A stretch of 64,000 nucleotides of DNA from contig DATATB010000074.1 of NCBI GenBank assembly GCA_036268995.1, positions 5,195 to 69,194 on the forward strand, in the 5' to 3' direction. Source of the DNA: Pirellulales bacterium. GTDB lineage: Bacteria > Planctomycetota > Planctomycetia > Pirellulales > PNKZ01. The notes below the pieces were generated by a model, which saw only the letters and a list, made by a program, of their open reading frames with translations, did not search any database and was not told the DNA's origin. How positions within the stretch are numbered: position 1 is the stretch's first letter; the number at the start of each line of letters is the position of its first letter. Position numbers and translations under genes: made by a program. Shown here one piece after another: positions 1 through 7,486 of this stretch.

Positions 1-368
1 GGCAATTATACACGGCCTCCCTCCTCCTGCACGCCAAAGTGCAGCAGGCGCTGGAGGTGCCGCTCACCGCCGAGCAGGCGCCCGTCTTCATGAAACTCTA
101 CGCGGACGTGCGCAGCGAGGATCAGCGCATTCAACTTGAGCGCGAGAAGCTGAGCTTTCGCGTTCAGCGCTGGGCACAGCGCCTAGCCCTGGCGCAGGCC
201 CGCGTCGATCTCGAACGGGAACGCCTGAACTTAGAACGCGATCGGGAGCCAAATTCTGGCCGCGGTACGTCATCGGTTGCCAATCCCGCAACCATCAATT
301 CGCCGAAAACCACTAGTTCGCCCGCAGCATCAGGTCGGATGGTTGCTCCATCCGACCAAGCAGCGTAA
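1..368 (+). CDS. hypothetical coiled-coil protein, possibly 5'-truncated by the window edge
   Basis: ORF track 39..368 (GTG start). The same frame stays open back to nt 3, so the gene may begin upstream of the window. Glu/Arg/Leu-rich text (LEREKLSF...RVDLERERLNLERDRE) with a Ser/Pro-rich tail. No family recognised. Confidence 0.35.
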   Translation, partial: QLYTASLLLHAKVQQALEVPLTAEQAPVFMKLYADVRSEDQRIQLEREKLSFRVQRWAQRLALAQARVDLERERLNLERDREPNSGRGTSSVANPATINSPKTTSSPAASGRMVAPSDQAA

Positions 369-394
369 TCCAAAACGAGAGAAAGGCGCGATGC

Positions 395-1879
395 ATGGAC
401 GCATGTTTTCGAACGTACCTAGCGCTCTGTAACAAGTACCAATTATCCCCGCCCTGGAATTGCCTCGAAACCGATCCGTGGGCCTTCCGTGGTCCTGCGG
501 AGCCGAGCGTCATCCTGCCGCTCCTCGGCCAACACCATCCAGAGCAGCAACTGCTCGCTGCAGGTCTTGCGCAGCGTAACGGCCAGGGACAACTTCAACT
601 GCATCGCTTTTTATCCATCCCCGACGTACTGCTCGTCGCACTGCGAGATCGGAAAGGGGCGGTCGTGAACCTAATGACGCTCGCTGGCTGCGTGACCGGC
701 GATGCCCGACCGCTGTTTGGAGTCTTTGCTGACCAGCACACGTACCAAGCGCTGGCAGGTCGATGGCGTCGGCTGTTGCTCACGAGCGACATGGAAGACG
801 CCATCCTGCTTCGCTCGGTTGGCCTGGCGGCCGCACCCATTACCGGCCTGGACGCGCTCAACGATCAGGGCCTCACACTGCTAAGCGAGATCTTCGGCAT
901 CCAGCGGGCGGCGAGTGATCACGAGTGGGAGGACACCCATGACGAGGGGCAGGCTGCCGCACTGCCGGACGCTCCCAGCGGGCCGGGCGACTTGGGGCAC
1001 GCGGCCGGTCCGCTTCCGATCCGGCCCACGCCAAGTGGACCGGCTGGTTTGGCTGCGGCGGCGCAGGTGCCCAGCCACCCCTATCTAATTCCAGGAACCG
1101 GGGACCTGGGAAAGGACGCCGATGAACACGTGCCGCTGACAATCGTCAAATGGTCGCCTCGGCTGCGCTCATCGACCGAACTCGAACCCGTCCGACGTGC
1201 CGTCCGCTATCTGGATGAGTTGCACCGATTCCGGGGTTTGGAACTGTTTGAGGTTGAGCACTGGGTGCGCGCAGAGGATGAGGTCGAGGCGCTGGAGTTT
1301 GCTCTTGATCGCGGAGAGCCTGGCTGGGTTAAGGAGGCGTTGCTCCAGAGCTTGGATACGAGCACGGGAAGTATCACAGTTCCTCAACGCCACGCGCTGG
1401 TCTCCACCGCGCCCTGCGACTTCTCAACCGCCGTCCAGCAGTTGCACGAGGCGCTGCTGGGGGATTCCGAGGGTCACATCAGTCGCGCCACACAGCGGCA
1501 GGCCCTGCGTGCCTATCACCGCCTAGCCAGCCAGCAAATTATCGAACCGATGCTCCGGCAGGCGGAGGCGGTCTCGGATCCGGTGGAGCGCTGCCTGCGG
1601 CTGCAGCTGGCGCAACTGAATGCCTTATTCCTCGAAAAGATGCCGACGGTTCGTGAGCGACTTCTGAGAAACGGCAGCCAGCCTGCTGCGGGCAGCCCTG
1701 AGTTGGGACATGACAAATCGATTTCGGAGTTGCTCGCAATCAGTAGCCAACTACTAAATATTGCCAAAGAAGTGAAAACATGGAATCGAAATACCAACCC
1801 GCCGCCCAAGCGGCCGCCGCGGACTCTGACGATCAATTCCCCACGCTTCGCAAACTCGGATGCAGTGTCGAAGAATTAG
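395..1879 (+). CDS. hypothetical protein (494 aa); weak Toprim-like patch near the N-terminus
   Basis: Long ORF with a GA-rich stretch (gagagaaagg) upstream of the ATG. The segment RLLLTSDMEDAILLRSVGLAAAPITGL resembles the Toprim (T/S)EGxxDA...G motif, but no DxD follows. No confident family call. Confidence 0.5.
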   Translation: MDACFRTYLALCNKYQLSPPWNCLETDPWAFRGPAEPSVILPLLGQHHPEQQLLAAGLAQRNGQGQLQLHRFLSIPDVLLVALRDRKGAVVNLMTLAGCVTGDARPLFGVFADQHTYQALAGRWRRLLLTSDMEDAILLRSVGLAAAPITGLDALNDQGLTLLSEIFGIQRAASDHEWEDTHDEGQAAALPDAPSGPGDLGHAAGPLPIRPTPSGPAGLAAAAQVPSHPYLIPGTGDLGKDADEHVPLTIVKWSPRLRSSTELEPVRRAVRYLDELHRFRGLELFEVEHWVRAEDEVEALEFALDRGEPGWVKEALLQSLDTSTGSITVPQRHALVSTAPCDFSTAVQQLHEALLGDSEGHISRATQRQALRAYHRLASQQIIEPMLRQAEAVSDPVERCLRLQLAQLNALFLEKMPTVRERLLRNGSQPAAGSPELGHDKSISELLAISSQLLNIAKEVKTWNRNTNPPPKRPPRTLTINSPRFANSDAVSKN

Positions 1880-2217
1880 CCATCCTGCGCCGCCAGTGGT
1901 ACCTCAGCCAGGAGCACCGGCTGGCCGGTAGAGCTGCGTATTGGCTGCTGCGGTTTCGGCACCGGGGAAGGATTCGGACGGTGTTCGTGGGCAACGATGA
2001 GCAACAACTCATGCGTGTGCGCACGGAACTTGCGCAGCTGCGCGCTGCGCGTGTGCACGCACTTGAACTAAGCCGGGCTGTTCGGCGGGGCCGCGCGGCC
2101 CTGCGAAAGGCCAAAGCGCAGGTGGCGCCGGTCCTTCTGCAGCTCGGAATGCATTATCACGGGGACACGCTGCGGCGGTTCCGCCGTCTGCCGACAATGG
2201 GTACGTCATCTCGGTAA
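1780..2217 (+). CDS. hypothetical basic protein (145 aa)
   Basis: ORF in the -1 frame relative to 395..1879, overlapping it by 100 nt. No alternative start lies after the overlap. Arg-rich, with YWLLRFRHRGRIRTVFVGNDEQQL followed by a coiled-coil-like tail. Confidence 0.4.
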   Translation: MESKYQPAAQAAAADSDDQFPTLRKLGCSVEELAILRRQWYLSQEHRLAGRAAYWLLRFRHRGRIRTVFVGNDEQQLMRVRTELAQLRAARVHALELSRAVRRGRAALRKAKAQVAPVLLQLGMHYHGDTLRRFRRLPTMGTSSR

Positions 2218-2238
2218 TCTTGGGAGGAAGAAATCGTC

Positions 2239-2649
2239 ATGGATGATGCAAACGTTCCGATTGAAGACACGCAACACATGGTCGCGGATGCCGTCCAGCC
2301 GTTGGACGACCCAGCCGTCGATTTGCACCCAGCAGAACCAGGCGACTGCGCGGTCGATGACCGATTGCGACGGATTCATGACCTTCGGCTCGAGGCTTTG
2401 GATCACCCGCATCCCTTGGCAGCCTGCTTGGGGGGAGTGAATTCTGACCTGATGGAAATGGAGCTGTATGTTAGGAATGCTCTGCGGCGGGCGATCGTTG
2501 CCGGTGATCGGACGATCGACGATGTCGAACAGCACTCGAAATCCTTCGATCTGCTAATTCGGCTGGCCAAGCAGATCTCCGTCGTCTCTCAGCTTGAGTT
2601 GCGATCGGCGAAACGGGAGTCTGGCGCACTGCCGACAAAGGCCAAATAG
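2239..2649 (+). CDS. hypothetical acidic protein (136 aa)
   Basis: ORF 22 nt after the previous stop on the same strand, with gggaggaag upstream of the ATG. No recognisable domain. Confidence 0.45.
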   Translation: MDDANVPIEDTQHMVADAVQPLDDPAVDLHPAEPGDCAVDDRLRRIHDLRLEALDHPHPLAACLGGVNSDLMEMELYVRNALRRAIVAGDRTIDDVEQHSKSFDLLIRLAKQISVVSQLELRSAKRESGALPTKAK

Positions 2650-2766
2650 CGAAGAAATCACAACTTGCGCTCCAACTAGGCTGGGGGGCAGGACGTGATG
2701 GTTTCTTCCAACGTGAGCTGGAAGCGGGCGGTATAGATGCTCTTTGACAATTTGGTGATAGTCGGC

Positions 2767-2799
2767 GCGAGTCCGGGGGCTGGCATCCTCCGGGCTCGC
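2767..2799. terminator. 13-bp stem / 7-nt loop hairpin between convergent genes
   Basis: GCGAGTCCGGGGG-CTGGCAT-CCTCCGGGCTCGC (11 Watson-Crick pairs plus 2 G:T). It lies about 120 nt after the stop at 2649 (+) and about 155 nt after the stop at 2955 (-). No U-run on either side. Confidence 0.3.
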
Positions 2800-2954
2800 T
2801 GACGGCCGTGGCATAAAGCTGTGCGGCCGCGCCAACAATGCTACTAGTCGTGGGAACCGACGATCGCCAACCGTTCCTCACGCTGCGCGAGCCGATCTCC
2901 AGATTGTCCGTCGCCCAGGAGATTGGGCCGAGCTCACGGCAACCGCCGCCAACT

Positions 2955-4349
2955 TTAGGCCGATTGCTGCTCGGCGGCGGCCACCTGGTTCAGCTTGTTG
3001 TACAGCGTTTTCAGGCTGATGCCGAGTTCTTCGGCGGCGCGGGGCTTGTTGCCTTTGTGCCGCTCGAGGGTCTGCTGAATGACCGATAGCTCGATTTCGC
3101 GCAGCGTCTGCGTGGTGCCGGCAATGGCCGGCTTGAAGTGCGGACCGCGCAGCTTCCGCTCGCCGAACTTATTGGGCAGTTGCGCGGCCGCGATCGGCCC
3201 TCGATCGCCGAGGATCGCGGCGTGTTCGATCACGTTGGCCAATTCGCGCACGTTGCCCGGCCAGGAATAGCCTTCGAGCGTTCGCAGGGCGTCGGGCTCG
3301 AACAGCTCATCGCCTGGCTTGAGCGTCGGGCGGAGCCGCTTGAGCAGATGCCGGGACAGCTCGGCAATGTCTTCGATCCGCTCGCGCAGCGCGGGCAGCC
3401 GGACTTCGAACGTGTTGATGCGGAACATCAGGTCCTGGCGAAATTCGCCGTCGGCCACCATTTGTTCCAGGTCGCGGTGCGTCGCGCATACGACCCGCAC
3501 GTCGACGACGAACGATTCGTTGTCCCCCACCCGGCGGATTTCGCCGCTTTCCAACACGCGCAGCAGCTTGGCTTGCATGGCCTTGGGCAGTTCGCCGATT
3601 TCGTCCAAAAATAGCGTGCCGCCGTTGGCCACTTCGAACAGGCCCACGCGGTGCTCGTCGGCGCCGGTAAAGGCGCCCTTGCGATGGCCGAACAGCTCGC
3701 TTTCGATCAGGCTTTCGGGCAAGCCGCCGCAATTGATCGCCACAAACGGCATCTCGGCCCGCAGGCTCTGATCGTGCAACGCCCGAGCCACCAGTTCCTT
3801 GCCGGTGCCGGTTTCGCCCAACACGAGCACGGTGGAATCGGTGGGCGCGATTTTCGAGATCATCTGCCGGACCTGCCGCATGCCGGCCGACGAGCCGATC
3901 AATTGCGAGCCGCCTTCCAGCCGCTCGAGCTGCCGCTTGACCGCGCGGTATTTGTTTGTGAGGTCGCGCTTCTCGGCCACGCGGGCCAGCAGCGCCTTGA
4001 GATCGATCAGCTTGCAGGGCTTGGTCAGATAGTCGAACGCCCCGTGCCGCAGCGCCGAGATCGCGCTGTCCATCGTCGATTTGCCGGTCAGCACCACCGC
4101 CTCGGTGTCGGGCGAAAGCTCCTTGGCCTTGGCGATCACGTCGATGCCCGAGGCGTGCGGCATGTTCAGATCGACGAGGATGCAGTCGTAGGTATTGCGC
4201 TCCAGCGCGGCGATGGCCGTAGCGCCGTCGGGGCAGACGGTGACTTCGTGCCCCAGTCGCGGCAGCTCGACGCTCATCAGCTCCTGCAGCGAGCGTTCGT
4301 CGTCGGCGAACAGCAGCTTGAGGCGATTATGCGGCTTGGTATCGATGAT
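2955..4349 (-). CDS. sigma-54-dependent response regulator (NtrC family: receiver + AAA+ + Fis-type HTH)
   Basis: Receiver domain (KLLFADDERS...ILVDLNMP...KP). AAA+ motifs GETGTGKE, GAFTGA and the ESELFGH loop. C-terminal HTH RAAEELGISLKTLYNKL. The start is uncertain: the ORF track gives ATG at 4499, deep inside the kinase gene. I place it at ATC 4349/4346, just after an AAGGAG at 4359-4354. Confidence 0.9.
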   Translation of the reverse strand: MIDTKPHNRLKLLFADDERSLQELMSVELPRLGHEVTVCPDGATAIAALERNTYDCILVDLNMPHASGIDVIAKAKELSPDTEAVVLTGKSTMDSAISALRHGAFDYLTKPCKLIDLKALLARVAEKRDLTNKYRAVKRQLERLEGGSQLIGSSAGMRQVRQMISKIAPTDSTVLVLGETGTGKELVARALHDQSLRAEMPFVAINCGGLPESLIESELFGHRKGAFTGADEHRVGLFEVANGGTLFLDEIGELPKAMQAKLLRVLESGEIRRVGDNESFVVDVRVVCATHRDLEQMVADGEFRQDLMFRINTFEVRLPALRERIEDIAELSRHLLKRLRPTLKPGDELFEPDALRTLEGYSWPGNVRELANVIEHAAILGDRGPIAAAQLPNKFGERKLRGPHFKPAIAGTTQTLREIELSVIQQTLERHKGNKPRAAEELGISLKTLYNKLNQVAAAEQQSA

Positions 4350-5919
4350 GGGTCTCCTTTTGATTTTGCACCAGAGGCAGCCGCACGCGGAACCGCGAGC
4401 CCCGGCCGGGCCCGGCGCTGCTGGCCTCGATCGAGCCGTCATGATCGGCCACGATGCGATAGGCGATCGACAGGCCCAGGCCCGTGCCCTGGCCGCCACG
4501 TCGCCGCGTGAAAAAGGGTTCGAACAAGTGTTCCAGCACGTCGGCCGTCATGCCGCAGCCATCGTCGACAAACGAGAGCACTGCTTCGCCGTCGCGCTCG
4601 TTGACCGAAATATGCACGCTGCCGCCCGGCTCCAGGGCGTCCAGGCCGTTGACCACCAGGTTCAGCACCACCTGCTTGATCTGCTGGGCGTTGACCGGCG
4701 CGATCACGGCCGGGCCTGGCGCCAGTTCGAGGTGCTTGTCTTCGTATTTGCCCATGTGCCGGATCATGTCGGCCACGTCCTGCACGAGTTGCTGTAGGTC
4801 GGTATCCTGCCGCTGGACGTCGCCGATGCGCGAAAAATCGAGCAGTTTTTCCGTGATCCCTTTGCAGCGAAAAGCCTCGGTCTGGATCATTTGCAGGTAA
4901 TTTCGCACCAGCGCGGCTTCTTTGTCGTCGGCCGGCGAGGCCTCGCCCAAGCGGTCTTCGAGCGATTCCGCGCACATGGCAATGGCGGCCAGCGGGTTGT
5001 TGATTTCGTGGGCTACTCCCGCGGCTAGGAAACCGACGCTCGCCAGTTGCTCGCTGCGGACCACCTGCTTGGTGCGCTCCTGCACCTGGCGGTCCAGGTC
5101 GTCGCGGATGTCCTGGAAGCGGCTGGTCATATCGTTCATGGCCCCGGCCAGCTCGGACATCTCGTCGTGCGTGTTCAGGTGAATGCGATAATTGAACTGG
5201 CCGCCGGCAACCCGCCGCGAACCCTTGATCAACACGCGCAGCGGCCGGAAGATCCATTGATAAAAGAGTTTGACGAATAGCGCGAACATGCTCACGGTGA
5301 AGACGCTGGTGATCCAGGTGAGCACCAGCAGCGTGCGGTATTGGTGCCGAGCGTGCTCTTTGAACTCGCTGATGTTCTCGTACAAATAGTTGGGCAGCTC
5401 GGCCGCCAGGCCTTGCAGGTATTCCAGTTCGGTGCGCAGCCGGCCGACGCGGATTTCGTCCAATAGCCAGCCCTCGTCTTCGCGCAGTTGCGAAATCCTT
5501 GCCAGCGACTCGTCGATGGCTTTGACGGTCTGCCATTCGCGACGGCTGTCGCCGATGCGGTCGTCGTCCGGGTTGTCTTCCAACTGTTGCCGATATTGCC
5601 GCAACGTGCCGTGGGCCATGTCCAGCTTGAGCCGAAACTCCTCGCGCACCAGGTGCAGTGCAAAGGGCGACACGTCCGCGCCGCTCAATTCCAGCTCGCG
5701 CGGGGCTTGCGTTTCGCTGAGCGCAATTCGCATATCGCTCACGTCCTGGCTGAAACGATTGGCCAGCGGCAGCTCGGGCACGCGGCGACTTAAGCTCCGG
5801 ACCAGGCTGCGATACGAATACAAGCCATGCAGCCCGCCCCAAGAGAGCAGGCCCACAATCACTAGCAGCAGCACGAGGCCGGCCAGCAGCTTGTAGCGAA
5901 TCGGCCATGTGGACAGCAC
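4327..5919 (-). CDS. sensor histidine kinase (2 TM, HAMP, HisKA, HATPase_c)
   Basis: H-box VAHEINNPLAAI, N-box LVVNGLDAL, and G-boxes DDGCGM and GTGLGLSI. A HAMP-like segment follows the second TM. Start chosen at GTG 5919, preceded by AGGGAGG. The track ATG at 6105 adds 62 non-membrane residues. Confidence 0.9.
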   Translation of the reverse strand: MLSTWPIRYKLLAGLVLLLVIVGLLSWGGLHGLYSYRSLVRSLSRRVPELPLANRFSQDVSDMRIALSETQAPRELELSGADVSPFALHLVREEFRLKLDMAHGTLRQYRQQLEDNPDDDRIGDSRREWQTVKAIDESLARISQLREDEGWLLDEIRVGRLRTELEYLQGLAAELPNYLYENISEFKEHARHQYRTLLVLTWITSVFTVSMFALFVKLFYQWIFRPLRVLIKGSRRVAGGQFNYRIHLNTHDEMSELAGAMNDMTSRFQDIRDDLDRQVQERTKQVVRSEQLASVGFLAAGVAHEINNPLAAIAMCAESLEDRLGEASPADDKEAALVRNYLQMIQTEAFRCKGITEKLLDFSRIGDVQRQDTDLQQLVQDVADMIRHMGKYEDKHLELAPGPAVIAPVNAQQIKQVVLNLVVNGLDALEPGGSVHISVNERDGEAVLSFVDDGCGMTADVLEHLFEPFFTRRRGGQGTGLGLSIAYRIVADHDGSIEASSAGPGRGSRFRVRLPLVQNQKETHHRYQAA

Positions 5920-6053
5920 GCGAGCGACCTCCCTGTCGCGCCCTCCGGTGGTTTGCGCGGCTCGAAGCGAGCGCGGCAGTTTGCTAGCAGTTTCCGGCGA
6001 GGGCGGAGGAGTGTACCAGCAGCCTCGCCGCCGCGGCAATACATGACTCGCAA

Positions 6054-6083
6054 TTGACACGCGCGCAAGCGCTGGGCTATGGT
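6054..6083 (+). promoter_or_regulatory. candidate sigma70-like promoter for the phosphatase/GT cluster
   Basis: TTGACA (6054-6059), an 18-nt spacer, then TATGGT (6078-6083), about 24 nt before the ATG at 6107. Planctomycete promoter rules are poorly known, so this is weak. Confidence 0.2.
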
Positions 6084-6106
6084 TCGGCCCCCGAAATGTC
6101 CGCAAG

Positions 6107-7474
6107 ATGTCCCGAGAAAGCGGCTCCGCTTTGATGGTCCGGCTAGCACGTATTGCCGCTGCCCTGAGGCCGCGTTCGGCGACTTCCGCCGGCTGCGTGC
6201 TGCTGGCATTGGTGCTCGCCGCGCTGCCAGCGTACCAGTTGTTTTGGCGCTACCAGCTCAAACGCTTTCAAGTGGTGCGGCCGGGCGTGTTGTACCGCTC
6301 GGGACAGCCGACGGAGTTCGGCCTCTCGCATTTGGCGCAGCGCGAAGGCGTGAAAACCGTCCTCTCGTTGCAGATGTTCGACCCCCTGCTCTACCGCGGG
6401 TGCTTCGATCCCGGCCGGGCCGACGGCGTCCGAGAGACCGCCTATCTGGAGTCGCTGGGTGTGCGGCTCGAGCAGTGGCCGCTGGGTGGCGAGTCGTATT
6501 GGCCTTGGATGACCCCCTGGCAGTTCGAAGCGTTCTTCCGCCTGCTCGACGATCCCGCCAATCTGCCGCTGGCCATGCACTGCTCCGGCGGCCGCCACCG
6601 CACCGGCACGCTGGCGGCCCTGTATCGCTTGGAATACGATCGCTGGCCGATCCAGCGGGCTTTGGACGAGATGTACTCGTTTACGTTCGGCCGGCCGATT
6701 CCCTTGCAGGAATACAATCTCCGGTCCTACGTGCCGCGGCCGCGGCCCGAGCCGGCCGAGTGGCAAGCCCTGCGCCAGGCTTTTTCGAATGCACAAGGCC
6801 TGGCCGACGACGACTACCAGTCGTTGGTGCGGCGACTGCGCGCAACGCGTAACTTGCCAGCGTGCCGGCAGGCGATTCAATCGTATCTGCGGCACGATGG
6901 CCCATTCGCATTGCCGCTGGCCGTGCGGTTGATTGACGCCCCAGCCGATCCGCTGGCAAATCTCGCCGCCAGCAAGGCGGCCGAATGTCTCGAGCGGCGG
7001 CATGCACCGCCGCACGATTGGCTGGCTGCGGCCGCACTGGTGGCCGATTTTGGCACCCCTGGGCAGCAATCGCGCCTGCTGGCACTGTTAAAAAACGAGG
7101 ACCGCAGGCGCGCCGTGACGCCGCGTTATGCCGCCGTCGTGTCGGGCATCAACAACCGCTACACGCGGAACCGCTTGCCATTCTTGCGCGTGGTCCTGGA
7201 CGACGTGCGCTGGTGTCCACAACCGGCGCTGAGGGACTGCCGTTTTTGCGACGTGGCGGTGGCCCATATCCTGGCAATCACCGACGAGCGCTCGATGGGC
7301 GACCAGGCGATCCGCGTGGCATGGGACGCGGCGCGGCGGCAAATCCGGCAATGGTTCGAGCGCCACGCCGATGCCGCGCAGCTTTGCCGGCTGATTCCCG
7401 CCGAAAACCGCAGCACGGTGATGGTCACCGACGGCCGCGGCGAAGACGAATTCAACTTGATCCATCGTTATTAG
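6107..7474 (+). CDS. protein tyrosine/dual-specificity phosphatase family protein with a helical-repeat C-terminal region
   Basis: N-terminal TM. CX5R active-site loop HCSGGRHRTGT preceded by VLYRSGQP...GVKTVLSL (Y_phosphatase3/Siw14-like pattern). The C-terminal roughly 200 aa are alpha-repeat-like. Confidence 0.75.
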   Translation: MSRESGSALMVRLARIAAALRPRSATSAGCVLLALVLAALPAYQLFWRYQLKRFQVVRPGVLYRSGQPTEFGLSHLAQREGVKTVLSLQMFDPLLYRGCFDPGRADGVRETAYLESLGVRLEQWPLGGESYWPWMTPWQFEAFFRLLDDPANLPLAMHCSGGRHRTGTLAALYRLEYDRWPIQRALDEMYSFTFGRPIPLQEYNLRSYVPRPRPEPAEWQALRQAFSNAQGLADDDYQSLVRRLRATRNLPACRQAIQSYLRHDGPFALPLAVRLIDAPADPLANLAASKAAECLERRHAPPHDWLAAAALVADFGTPGQQSRLLALLKNEDRRRAVTPRYAAVVSGINNRYTRNRLPFLRVVLDDVRWCPQPALRDCRFCDVAVAHILAITDERSMGDQAIRVAWDAARRQIRQWFERHADAAQLCRLIPAENRSTVMVTDGRGEDEFNLIHRY

Positions 7475-7486
7475 CAGGGAGGCGAG

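Noticed and set aside
1780-1879. Programmed -1 frameshift joining ORF 395..1879 to ORF 1780..2217
   Set aside because: The downstream ORF is in the -1 frame and overlaps by 100 nt. However, no X XXY YYZ slippery heptamer or obvious downstream pseudoknot is visible in the overlap, and an ATG start at 1780 is available.
4442-4499. Track-predicted ATG starts for the response regulator
   Set aside because: They would add a 31-50-aa Arg/Ala/Cys-rich extension encoded out of frame over the conserved HATPase end of the kinase gene. A consensus SD sits much closer to the receiver domain. They are kept as an alternative in the corresponding finding.
5920-6106. Sigma54 (-24/-12, TGGCAC-N5-TTGC) promoter expected near an NtrC-type regulator
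   Set aside because: No match with correct GG/GC spacing was found by eye here or in the other intergenic regions I inspected. A PWM scan would be needed for a definitive answer.
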